Positions 1 through 10,609 of a stretch of DNA of 64,000 nt are shown here, in pieces (positions within the stretch are counted from its first letter, which is position 1; every line of letters starts with the position of its first letter). Below the pieces are notes generated by a model. The model was given only the letters and a program-made list of their open reading frames with translations, had not been told where the DNA came from and made no database searches. Source of the DNA: Chiloscyllium plagiosum (lineage: Eukaryota). Location: positions 96,433,765-96,497,764 of the forward strand of contig NC_057718.1 in assembly GCF_004010195.1 (NCBI RefSeq), in the 5' to 3' direction. The position numbers and the translations under genes are program-made.

Positions 1-318
1 TACGTTAGAGCTCGGGTGTCCTTGGAGAAGGAGCACGCGGCGTCGACCAACACCCTGGAGTTGTTCAGGGAGAGGTGGGTGCCACAGGGAGTGGAGTGCA
101 TCATTTCTCCCTCCAATTCTATTTTGATTTAGTCCCTACCCTCCCCTTCACTGTTTTGATCACACAGCACTGCCCTTTGATGTGAAGGGCAGTGTTTGTC
201 ACTGGCCACTCGGGTGTTTTCCTTTCTTCCTGGTGGTGGTATTTGAATAAAGATTCGTCCACTTTGTGTCTTTCACTGTGTCTCACACCTGCACACACAC
301 ACCAAAAAAAGAAAAAAA
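1..318 (+). mobile_element. Tx1-like (L1 clade) LINE, 3' end (ORF2 C-terminus, 3' UTR, A-rich tail); cut by window edge
   Basis: Encodes ...RVSLEKEHAASTNTLELFRERW..., near-identical to 2730-3030; 3' UTR hairpin 168-194; A-rich tail. Confidence 0.75.
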
Positions 319-473
319 ATAAAGAGGAGTGTTCCCCCTCCAACTCTATTTTGAAAAAAAAAAGAAAAAAAGAAAAGAAAAAAAAGATAAACAGGAGAAG
401 CTCGTCCAGGTCTGAAAACGGATTAAGCAGAGGATTTAAATACAGAAAAAGAATAAACAGGGCATCCTTCACT

Positions 474-1910
474 TAGAGTCATAGAGATGTACAGCATGGA
501 AACAGCATGTCCATGCCGACCGAATATCCCAACCCAATCTAGTCCCACCTGCCAGCACCCGGCCCATATCCCTCCAAATCCTTCCTATTCATATACCCAT
601 CCAAATACTTCTTAAATGTTGCAATTGTACCAGCCTCCACCACTCCCTCTGGCAGCTCATTCCATACACGTACCACCCTCTGCAAGAAAAAGTTGCCCCC
701 TAGGTCCCTTTTATATCTTTCCCCTCTCACCCTAAACTTATGCCCTCTCGTTCTGGACTCCCCGACCCCAGGGAAAAGACTTTGCCTATTTATCCTGTTC
801 ATGCCCCTCATGATTTTGTAAACCTCTATAAGATCACGCCTCAACCTCCGATGGTCGAGGGAAAACAGACCCAGCCTGTTAAGCCTCTCCCTGTAGCTCA
901 AATCCTCCAACCCTGGCAACAGCCTTGTAAATCTTTTCTGAACCCTTTCAAGTTTCACAACATCTTTCCAATAGGAAGGAGACCAGAATTGCACACAATA
1001 TTCCAACAGTGGCCTAAACAATGCCCTGTACAGCCGCCCAACTCCTGTACTTAATACTCTGACCAATAAAAGAAAGCATACCAAACACCTTCTTCACTAT
1101 ACTATCTACCTGTGACTCCACTTTCAAGGAGCTATGAACCTGCACTCCAAGGTCTCTTTGTTCAGGAACACTCCCTAGAACCTTACCATTAAGTGTATAA
1201 GTCCAGCTAAGATTTGCTTTCCCAAAATGCAGCACCTCGCATTTATCTGAATTAAACTCTATCTGCCACTTCTCAACCCATTGGCCCATCTGGTCAAGAG
1301 CCTGTTGTAATCTGAGGTAACCCTCTTCGCTGTCCACTACATCTCCGATTTTGGTGTCATCTGCAAACTTACTAACTGTACCTCCTATGCTCACATCCAA
1401 ATCATTTATGTAAATGACAAAAAGTAGAGGACCCAGCACCGATCCTTGTGGCACTCCACTGGTCACAGGCCTCCAGTCTGAAAAACAACCCTCCATCACC
1501 ACCCTCTGTCTTCTACCTTTGAGCCAGTTCTGTATCCAAATGGCTAGTTCTCCCTGTATTCTGAGAGATTTAACGTTGCTAACCAATCTCCCGTGGGGAA
1601 CATTGTCGAATGCCTTACTGAAGTCTATATCGATCACATCTACTGCTCTGCCCTCATCAATCCTCTTTGTTACTCCTTCAAAAAACTCAATCAAGTTTGT
1701 GAGACATGATTTCCCACACACAAAGCAATGTTGACTATCCATAATAAGTCCTTGCCTTTCCAAATACATGTACATCCTGTCCCTCAGGATTCCCTCCAAC
1801 AACTTGCCCACCACCGACGTCAGGCTCACTGGTCTATAGTTCCCTGGCTTGTCCTTACCGCCCTTCTTAAACAGAGGCACCACGTTAGCCAACCTCCAGT
1901 AATCCGGCAC
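474..1910 (-). mobile_element. CR1/HER1-type LINE, 5'-truncated, frameshifted RT
   Basis: ORFs 1014-1928 and 539-1084: PGNYRPVSLTSVVGK, DFSKAFD, GVPQGSVLGPLLF, KFADDTK, RPLLEYCVQFWSP; CTATGACT-type tail at 474-490. Confidence 0.95.
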
Positions 1911-2139
1911 TTTTTGATCACGCAGCATTGCCCTTTGTCAAGAAGGGCACGGCTTGTCACTGGCCACTCTGGTGTTTCCTTTCTTCCTGTGGTGGAATAT
2001 AAATAAAGATTTAAACAACTGTTCTTCTTCACTGTGTCCTACACCTAAACACACACAACATGGGTGCTGGGGAAAAATAAGCACTACCGCTGTTAGGGAG
2101 AAGGAAGTGTGGGGGAAGGAAAGAAGAAAAAAGAAAGAA
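1911..2139 (+). mobile_element. Tx1-like LINE 3' UTR fragment, split by the CR1 (first bases CCTTCACT at 466-473)
   Basis: Matches 146-300 and 2870-3060; resumes where the CR1 interrupts CCTTCACT|(G)TTTTGATCAC. Confidence 0.8.
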
Positions 2140-2148
2140 ATAAACAGG

Positions 2149-3089
2149 ACATCCTTCCTCAGGAGCCTGTGCCCCATTACCTGAGTCACCTCTGGAATTT
2201 TAGTCTTGTCTCCTTCAGGAATATGAAACAATGGGCCCTGTATCGACTGCTGCTGCACATTGTCCACCTCTTCTCCCTTATCCACCACCCGGACACACCT
2301 TGGCGTGCCCATTTGCCACCAGGCAGTGGGGATCCCTAGTGGAGGATCTATGCGGGAGCCCTCCCCTTTTCTCTCAGGGATCTGGGGAGGACGGTGCTAC
2401 ATCTGGCAGTTACCTGCAACCGCAGATTGTGGTGTTTCACAGACTCCCAGCCCAACTGGTCCACTCCATGGACCATGTATATATTGGGTGTGGGCGTTTG
2501 CACAGCTTTTTTGATTTTCTTAAAAACCTTCTCCTCTGCTTTAGGTTGCACTTCAGTCCCACGCTCCTGATCTTTGGGCACCCGGTACGGAGGAGGGAGG
2601 GCAGGGTAGATCGGAGGACCTCCTCATGGGTCTGCTCCTGGGCCTGGCCAAACTGGCCATTAACAGGTCCAGGCAGCGGGCCGTGGAGGGGGTCGTTAGG
2701 GCCGACTGCCTGCCCCTCTTCCGCGGTTACATTAGAGCACGGGTGTCCTTGGAGAAGGAGCACGCGGTGTCCACCAACACCCTGGAGTTGTTCAGGGAGA
2801 GGTGGGCGCCGAAGGGAGTGGAGTGCATTATTTCCCTCCAACTCTATTTTGATTTAGTCCCTGCCCTCCCCTTCACTGTTTGATCACACAGCACTGCCCT
2901 TTGATGTGAAGGGCATGGCTTGTCACTGGCCACTCGGATGTTTCCTTTCTTCCTGGTGGTGGAAATTTGAATAAAGATTCTTGCACCTTCCGTCTCTCAC
3001 TGTGTTTCACACCTGCACACACACAACATGGGTGCTGGGGAAAATATAAGCACTACCGTGGTTAGGCTGGTTGGAGGGAAAGAAAAAAA
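2149..3089 (+). mobile_element. Tx1-like LINE, 5'-truncated ORF2 C-terminal zinc-binding region plus 3' UTR
   Basis: MDHVYIGCGRLHSFFDFLKNLL...LLIFGHP and LLLGLAKLAINRSRQ...RARVSLEKEH...FRERW, typical of Tx1 ORF2 C-termini; frameshifted. Confidence 0.8.
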
Positions 3090-3222
3090 ATAAACAGGGG
3101 ATTTTGAATCTCCTCAGATCTGGGGACTGACTCTGAGCTAGCTGGCCACAGCCACTATACTGTGCACAGGTAAATAAAGAATGATTTGATGATGGGATAC
3201 TGGTCTTTGTGCAGCTATTTTA
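3090..3222 (+). mobile_element. possible LTR 3' remnant that hosts the Tx1 stack
   Basis: AAATAAA signal followed by U5-like GATGGGATACTGG...GCTATTT; recognised by resemblance only. Confidence 0.35.
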
Positions 3223-3429
3223 CTCACAATGACAAATGCAGAGTATTTATTAAGAACGAAGCCCACGTTTTCTGGCTGTACACAAAAGGTTATCTATTTG
3301 GTCTTTTATGGGCCCCACCTTCTCCTTTGTAATGTTAATGTGTTGCAAAAATGACTTTTGGGGTTCCCCTTGATTTTTCTTGCCAGCATTCTTTAATACC
3401 TACTCTTTGTTTCCTGAATTGGTTTTTGA

Positions 3430-3720
3430 TTTCACCACTGCATTGTTTGAAATGTCATACCATTGTAATGTGAGAAATAAAACAGCCAATTTACGCACAG
3501 CAGGATCCCACAAACTAATGACTATGCAGTTGGTTTCGGGAAAGATGTTGGTCTCTGGGGAACCCCCTCCTTCCTCTTCCAATGTTACTGTGGGATTTTT
3601 ACGTTCTGGAGTTCATCATGGGGTAGCCGAGGACTGGACATCCCGTGATGTATTCCTTTCTCTGATGTGGAATGGTTTTGTGACTCAGAGTTGAGAACCT
3701 TATGGCTGAAGAAAGGCTGG
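3430..3720 (-). mobile_element. old DeuSINE-like (SacSINE1/AmnSINE1-related) remnant
   Basis: TTACGCACAGCAGGATCCCACAAAC and GTGGGATTTTTACGT resemble the reverse complement of the Deu domain and tail. Confidence 0.45.
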
Positions 3721-3962
3721 AAGACATAGGGAGACCAAACAGTGATCAGTGCCAACTGGAAAGGCAGTGTACATAGTGATGTAATAATATTGTTACTGTC
3801 TGTATCTTGCCTGCATCTGTGTAACCAGCAAGCCTCTCACATACAACAACCAAATAGGGGAGTTTCTGCAACACTACCATGTGATCGCAAGGTTTGTGAA
3901 GGTTTGTAGTTCAGGTTGAGGTTTAGGGTGTAGGTTTGCTCGCTGAGCTATAGGTTTGATAT

Positions 3963-4002
3963 CCAGACGTTTCATTACCTGGCTAGGTAACATCATCAGT
4001 GG
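3963..4002 (-). ncRNA. minimal type-I hammerhead ribozyme motif (PLE-associated)
   Basis: Minus strand: CCA-CUGAUGA-U-GUUACC-UAGCCA-GGUAAU-GAAA-CG-UC/UGG; core intact, stem I CCA/UGG, palindromic ACGU stem III. Confidence 0.8.
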
Positions 4003-4479
4003 CGACCTCCAAGTGAAGCGAAGCTGTTGTCTCCTGCTTTCGATTTATATGTTAGTCCTGGATGGGGTTCCTGGGGTTTGTGGTGATGTCATTTCCTGTT
4101 TGTTTTCTGAGGGGTTGATAGATGGCATCTATCTATGACTCTATGACTCTATGACTCTAGATCTGTGTGTTTGTTTATGGCATTGTGGTTGGAGTGCCAG
4201 GCCTCTAGGAATTTTCTGGCATGTCTTTGCTTAGCCTGTCCCAGGATAGATGTGTTGTCCCAGTCCTGGGACAGGCTAAGCAAAGACATGCCAGAGAATT
4301 CCTAGAGGAATAGCACTCCAACCACAACGCCATAAATAAGCACATAGATCTAGATGCCATCTATCAACCCCTCAGAAAACGAACAGGAAATGACATCGCC
4401 ACAAACCCCAGGAACCCCATCCAGGAGAAAGATATAAATAGAAAGCAGGAGACAACAGCTTCGCTTCACGTGGAGGTCG

Positions 4480-4519
4480 CCACTGATGATGTTACTTAGC
4501 CAGGTAATGAAATGTCTGG
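4480..4519 (+). ncRNA. hammerhead ribozyme motif, second (mutated) copy
   Basis: CCA-CTGATGA-T-GTTACT-TAGCCA-GGTAAT-GAAA-TG-TC-TGG; two C>T changes versus the left copy. Confidence 0.65.
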
Positions 4520-4754
4520 ATATCAAACCTACAGCTCAGTGAGCAAACCTACACCCTACACTACCAAGTGATGTTGCAGCAGATTGACTTGTGTATTACC
4601 TTCACCCAAGAGTGTCTGTAGAATTCTTCTATAATCTGTTTATTGCACCTGATGAGATACTACTTTTACCTTTTACCTTTTTTGACCAAATGGCAAAATA
4701 TTAAATCTCAGGCCACACTGGATGCAACTTCTTAAAAACCAAATGAACTGTATA

Positions 4755-4862
4755 CACTGTAAATCAGAAATACAGACAGAAATTGCTGGTAAAGCTCAGC
4801 AGATCTGGCAACACCCGTGGAGAGAAATCAGAGTTGCGTCGAGTGACCTTTCCTCAGAGCTG
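4755..4862 (-). mobile_element. short PLE-derived element (family B)
   Basis: CAGAAATTGCTGG..AAGCTCAGCAGATCTGGCA..GAGAGAAATCAGAGTT..GTGACCTTTCCTCAG, homologous to 33130-33355 and 53362-53450. Confidence 0.65.
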
Positions 4863-5149
4863 AATGCAATTTCGTATTTGCGATACTTAGTTATGGGCGA
4901 TTTTAGATACATATCTGTGGGTTTTGTACACTTCTGAACCTACTTTGCTCAGTTACAATGTGCAAGTTAATAACCATTTCAGATTTGACCATTATGTTGG
5001 AGCTTTATACTAGAAACTTTCCAACTTCACAATTGGTGCGGTTGGTGCATTTTGACATGCCGCACCCAAATTTTCAACAGTTCAAAGCTCAGTTGAGGCC
5101 TAACTTGCTCCTCTCCAATTATTCCACATACTTCTTTAGAAATTCACAT

Positions 5150-5392
5150 AAACCAGCCTCCATGGAGAGGCAGTGAGCTAATGTTTTGAGTCGAGATGAC
5201 TCTTCATCAGAGCTGATGTGAAGTATGGAGGGAGGAGCATTTATTGCATAAGTGCTGCCTCCCTGTCACCATAGCATAAATGCTGCCCTTTCCATACTTC
5301 AGAAGAGTTGTCTAGACTTGAAAGGTTAGCTCGCCCTCTCTCTCAATGGATGCTGCCTGACCCACTGTGATCTCCAGCATTTGCTGTTATCA
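5150..5392. mobile_element. palindromic PLE-derived element (family C) with hammerhead-like core at 5176-5214 (-)
   Basis: Minus strand: AGCU-CUGAUGA-A-GAGUC-AUCUC-GACUC-AAAA-CA-UU-AGCU; degenerate inverted copy near 5298-5332. Confidence 0.65.
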
Positions 5393-7129
5393 GCACAGCC
5401 CCCAGCATGTGCATTAATTTGCTCTGACAAAAATTCAGCTCAAATGCCGCATGCAAACCTCTGACCACTCTACCTTTAAACCTTCTATTATAATATCACA
5501 TTAATAGGGAGAGGAATAGGCTGGATTTGTGCTCCAAACATTTCCCCATTCAGTCACAAAATCCCTGCAGATTTTACATTTTACTGATCATTTCAGTTTG
5601 CCATACAGAGGAACCTCTTTACTGATTACGATGACTCTGGAAGACTCTGTAACTCCACCAACACCAACCATCTTTGACAAGCAGCTGTGCACACAAAACC
5701 GCTCCATTCTCATCCCCAGCTGCTTCTTCCTTCAACTTTAATCTCAGGTTGGGCTGAACAACCTATATCATTGTCCTGGCCTGCCATCAGGTTTCTCCGC
5801 TCAATGCCACACTTGAATGACTCTCTGTCGTTATACTATTTGTAGGTAATGAAAGGTGTAATTAGCTTTGTTCACTTGCAAACTGATCCCCCTCTGCGTG
5901 CATTATAAAAGGTAATGAAATAGGGGCGCAGATATAAAAAACCTGAATACTCATATTATTCAATGTCATTTCATGAGCCAAACGCTGATGAAAGAACTCA
6001 GGTAAGAGAGATTCAGATGGTTCAAAACCCAACAACAGGACTTGTCAGTAGCCACAATGTTAAGGGCTGCATTAAAGTATGTAAGATCTAAACAGAGCCG
6101 ATACTTAATCAATTCTTTATTGTGTTGCCTTTTGAATAATTGATGGTTTTTCTTGATGATTGCTTTCCTATGACAGTATCTTATCTCTCTTTGGGGACAT
6201 TGTGTGAGAGAGAGAGGTTTTGGCTCCGCGTCCTGTGCCTGACATTAACCAGGTTTATCTTCTTTATGAAGCTGTCGTCTCCTGGTTAATTGTTCTCGCT
6301 GGCTATTGTTTCCTGGCCGAGCCATCTGCTTTATCACCCTACATCAGTTGTCTGAAGGAATGAATGCAGGTGGCCATAAAGGCTCAGCACTAAACGCACA
6401 AAGCAGACAGGATTTTAATGTGGACCGTCTTATTGCTGTAACATTATTGCTTGCTGGAGGCCAGTCCAGAGATGCAGTAAATGAATGTTTGAATAGCTGC
6501 ATGCAATTGTGTAATGGCTTGTAGTTTATAGGTTGTGGAAGACACCGTGCATTGACATCACTGTCAAACCTTTAGAATGGATTCTCTGATGAGATGTGGA
6601 CCTGGTCAGCTAAAACACACAGTGCAAACAATTTTAGGTATGTTTAATGCTTTATTGCTAAAGCTACACTTCGGGTTGAGGGCTGAGGTGCAACCATTCA
6701 GTTTTTGATTTTGGACATTTGGTTGTCAATATGATTAATGCTGTGAACTGAACCACTGATTTCCCTGCCGAACTTTTCATCCACATCCCACTCCAGGAGT
6801 AACACACAACTTTGAAGTTTTGACTCCATGCAGTGCGGATGGGAGGGTGACTCCCAATGCAGCCACACTCCTTTTTAGGAGACACGAAATCCCAGCCGTG
6901 CCTTCAGATGGGTCTTAAGAACTCCAGAGCAGTTCCCAAACAGCAGCAGCTGTCAATCCTCTTCTCCAAACTGGCATCAAAGTCAGAGATTATTAATCGC
7001 TCTTCCCACTGCTGGTTGTGGGGCTCACATTTGTGTTCACCTGCATCAAAACAGAGCAGTTCATCGCCTGTAGTGCCTTGGGAAGTGGTGAGACATGTGA
7101 AAGCACCATTCAATGCATGGGCGAATGGA

Positions 7130-7262
7130 TATGGAGCTGGAAGAGCACAGTAGGTCAGAGAGTATCCAAGGAGCATGAAAGTCAAGGGCTGGGACCCTTC
7201 ATCAGAGTGCTCTCCCAGCTTCACATCTATTGACTCTGACTTCCAGCATCTGCAGTCCTTGC
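7130..7262. mobile_element. degenerate palindromic PLE-derived element (family A)
   Basis: GCTGGAAGAGCACAG...CCCTTCATCAG...CCAGCATCTGCAGTC. Confidence 0.55.
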
Positions 7263-7288
7263 TGTATCCTAGACATATAAGTGCATGA

Positions 7289-7747
7289 TTAGAGTGGTGC
7301 TGGAAAAGCACAGCGGGTCAGGCACCATCCAAGGAGCAGGAAAATCGACATTTCAGGCAAAAGCCCTTCATCAGGAATCCGGAGTCCACGTGGGATCAGT
7401 TGGTTATGGATGCAGGCACTGTGGAAGCTAATGTCTCTGTGGTAGTGAGTCTGCATCAGTACATGGTTTAAGAGCTTCAGGGCAGAGGATATGGCCTGCG
7501 GGTTGCAGTGAGAGCGAGAGAGAGACTCACTGAGATTCTTGTGGAGAGAGGAGGAGAACTTCTTCAAGGTAGGCGTCCTTGCAAGAGGATTCACAGTAAG
7601 GTTAAAATCAACTAGGCGAAAGTGAGGACTGCAGATGCTGGAAACAAGAGTTTAGATTAGTGTGGTGCTGGAAAAGCACTGCGGCTCAGGCAGCATCTGA
7701 GGAGCAGGGAAATCGATGTTTCGGGCAAAAGCCCTTCATCAGGAATC
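7289..7747 (-). mobile_element. Penelope-like element: pLTR, ORF 5' part, pLTR
   Basis: Two direct family-A repeats with hammerhead cores (7368-7374, 7736-7742) flank ORF sequence HRDISFHSACIHNQLIPRGLR, resembling PLE N-termini (HxxFLxxCxxxxLIPxGL). Confidence 0.75.
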
Positions 7748-7809
7748 ATTAAGTGGATGATTTTGCTTTCCTAATCATTATGTGCAAAGTTGGGAGTTAG
7801 TTTGGAAAG

Positions 7810-7995
7810 CTGGTTCGCAATGTTGAGACTCACAAACAAGATGGGTTCAGTTCCTGTGCTGGAGGAGGTTTACAGGAAGGCCCTGCCTTCTCAACATCAT
7901 TCCCTGACTGAGGTACAGTGACCCTTAGGTTAAACTTCCCTCTAATCTCATAACTAATGAGAGATAACCCCTATGCTCCTCTGGGACAATGGTAA
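7810..7995 (+). mobile_element. old SINE-like repeat (family 3)
   Basis: GGGTTCAGTTCC B-box-like head and GTGACCCTTAGGTTAAAC core shared with 45130-45905. Confidence 0.5.
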
Positions 7996-8069
7996 TTAGT
8001 ATATGCATATGTATTAATGAATTCCTTTTCCCATAAAGTGACCAACATGCTTCAAATGATAAAGAATCA

Positions 8070-8610
8070 CAAAACCTGTACAGTGTAGAAAGAGGCCATT
8101 CGGCCTATTGAGTCACACTCTGAAGAGCACTCCACCCAAACCCAGTATCCAGCCACACTAAATACGTGGTTAATCCACCCAGCTTGCACACCCCCAATGA
8201 GCAATTTAGCATAAAAACCAAAGTTCTGAGGAAAGGTCACTCGACCAAAGTTTTAACCTTTGATTTCACTCCACAGATGCAACCAGACCTGCTGAGCTTT
8301 TCTAGCAATTCCTGTTTATGAACAATTCACCAAAGCCAGGAAGGAGTGAGGGCTATAGATGCTGGAGAGTCAGAATTTGCAGGCGTGGTGCTGGAAAAGC
8401 ACAGCAGGTCAAACAGCACACAAGGAGCAGCAGAGTCAACATTTTGGGCATAAGCCCTTCATCAGGAATGCACATTTTTGGAACTGTAGGGGGGAAAGCC
8501 CATACAAACAATGCGCAAACTCCACACTGACAGTTGCCCAAGGTTTGGATTGAACCTGGACCCCTTGTGCTGTGAGTCAGCAATGTTAACCATTGAGCCA
8601 CTGTACCAGA
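8070..8610 (-). mobile_element. HE1-type SINE interrupted by PLE-derived inserts (8220-8315 family B; 8340-8469 family A)
   Basis: HE1 head (reverse) at 8540-8608, tail at 8078-8110; inserts carry hammerhead-like cores. Confidence 0.7.
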
Positions 8611-9207
8611 CATGCAATGGGCCATTTTAAGAAGTGCTCAAGGAATTCGCTCAATGTATCCCCCAAGTCCCCTCACCGAATTGTGAGTCCTCATCTAGCA
8701 ACAAAGTACATTTATATAGTACTTTTCATGTCATGAAAAAACCTGAAAGCATTTCACTGGAGTATTATAGACCAAACAGTGGCAACAATCCACCTAAGGA
8801 GATTTGGGGTCAGGTGAACAAAAGCCTTCCACCTGCTAACAGCAAGGTGATTGGCTCTCAGCAGGTTGAGCAGCTTGGGATTGAAAAATCGATACAGAGA
8901 AACTTTCAGTTTTCCACCAGATCAGGAGCTTTCTCTGTTCTCTGCAGTAAAAGCCACATTCCGCTTAAAGAAAACCATATTTTTTTCCCTGCAGCAGTTG
9001 CTATAAGCTTTAATCTAATAAGTCATGGACCTTTTATAAGTAAACCGGCCACCTGTGCACCTTGCAAATCAACGAGGAGGAAGATTGAGAAATTGCGTTC
9101 TGACCAGGACAGGAATTATCTTGTGAATAGAGCCACAAAACTACTTTCCCAATTTCCTTCCCTCCATCACAACCATGGTTTTTATTCCTTGCTTGTGTGT
9201 TTCTGTA

Positions 9208-9412
9208 CAGGTCGTTTTGCAATAAAGCGGGTTTTGTTAACCTGAATTCACTGTATCGCGATTGGCAAATTAGGGTCACTGTTTCTGAAGCGCGAACTTT
9301 TAAAATGTGAGTTGGATGTAACATGATTACATCGGCAACACTTTAAGCGCTGTTTTTCTATAATGCAGGGTTACTCAAGAATGCAACCATTGCATTATAG
9401 AAGAACTACCCA
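9208..9412. mobile_element. Tc1/mariner (Tigger/pogo-like) MITE
   Basis: TA flanks; degenerate TIRs CAGGTCGTTTTGCAATAA / TTATAGAAGAACTACCCA. Confidence 0.55.
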
Positions 9413-9421
9413 TATGTTTTG

Positions 9422-9730
9422 CTTTACTCATTCATGGGATGAGGGCAGCATTTATTGCCCATCCCTAATTGTTAACAGCCAATCACATCACTGTGCCTTT
9501 GGAGTCACATGTAGGCCAGACTAGTTAAGTATAGCGGTTTTGTTCCCTAAATGACATTAGTGAAGCAGTTGAGATTTTCCTCACAATAGATTCATGGCCG
9601 TTATTAGACTCTTAATTCCAGATTTTAAAAAAATTGAATTCAAATTCCACCAGCTGCCACGGCAGGATTCAAGACTAAGTCCCCAGAATAGTAAGTGAGT
9701 CTCTAGATTAGCAGTCCAGCGATAATCCTA
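9422..9730 (-). mobile_element. tRNA-derived SINE family 2 (tail shared with the L2/CR1-group LINE)
   Basis: GCAGCATTTATTGCCCATCCCTAATT tail; GGAGTCACATGTAGGCCAGAC core; GGATTCAA B-box; followed by (GT)n 9732-9755. Confidence 0.75.
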
Positions 9731-10609
9731 GTGTGTGTGTGTGTGTGTGTGTGTGGGGGGGGGCAATAAAGTTTTAATTTGTAGAGTTATACACCAACTG
9801 TTCACAATTGTTTACCTGTACATCAACTACATTACTTGTTAAGTACCGAAACCTAGTTCAGTCCATCCAACTTTAAAAGACAGCAAAACCGGGTGAATTT
9901 TATGTATTTTCTAAAAAAAATTTAACTTTTGCAACGATCCCAGGAAGAGTGGAACTTGATTTCCAGCGCACTATCCCAGTGACTTGAAGCATTGCAACAA
10001 AGAAAAGATTCCTAATTCTCTGCTCTTTTTATGAGCAGTTGAGCACGCAGTTAGATATCTCCAGCTGCACTGTTTCAAGGTCTCTGTACTCCTGTAGTGA
10101 ACACTCTGTTTGAAGTCTTGTTGAATCTTCAAATCTTGGACACGTCTGAGCAGACACACATCTATCTCATTGGTCAAGTATTACATTGGCTGTGACTGAA
10201 TTAATAATTCATGTCAAGTGACTTGGCTGGCAACCATAAAATCTCACTTGGAGTCAAAATTAAGTCCAGATGAACAAATGCAATTCAGTAATAATATCAA
10301 CATTATAAAAATGATTTGTCATGTTTAATCAAAAATACAAAGTGAAAGTGCCAAAAAACACAAAATTGGACAACAGCAATTTTTTTTTTAAAATGTGCTT
10401 GGAAAAGAAAAAAGAGATTAAAGCAAATGTTTTGCCAAAAAGGAAACAAATCAGGTGAAAATAAGTTTAATTTGTAACTGACTGTAATATTGGAAGTTTG
10501 AAGATTTGTTTGGAGTGGCATCACATCTTGCTGAGCTTGTTCAGTTGAGTCTGACCGGACGGTCATATTAGGCTTCCGATGAACAGCGTTGTGTGAAAAT
10601 TGTTTGTGA

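Larger units (their letters stand above)
3886..4557. mobile_element. Penelope-like element, inverted (palindromic) insertion with 15-bp TSD
   Basis: Arms 3924-4246 and 4264-4558 are reverse complements; right arm encodes GQAKQRHAREFLEx*HSNHNAINKHIDLDAIYQPLRKR (PLE GIY-YIG C-terminus); TSD ACACTACCA(T/A)GTGAT at 3871-3885 and 4558-4572. Confidence 0.9.

Noticed and set aside
2149..3098. Tx1 insertion into U2 snRNA, 5S or tRNA targets
   Set aside because: No such gene sequence is recognisable at the junctions.
6700..7130. Minus-strand exon-like reading (ORF 6904-7311)
   Set aside because: The ORF starts inside PLE-derived repeats; no recognisable domain or clear splice pair.
8634..9245. 203-aa ORF
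   Set aside because: Runs across an L2-like tail, unique DNA and a MITE edge; no recognisable domain.
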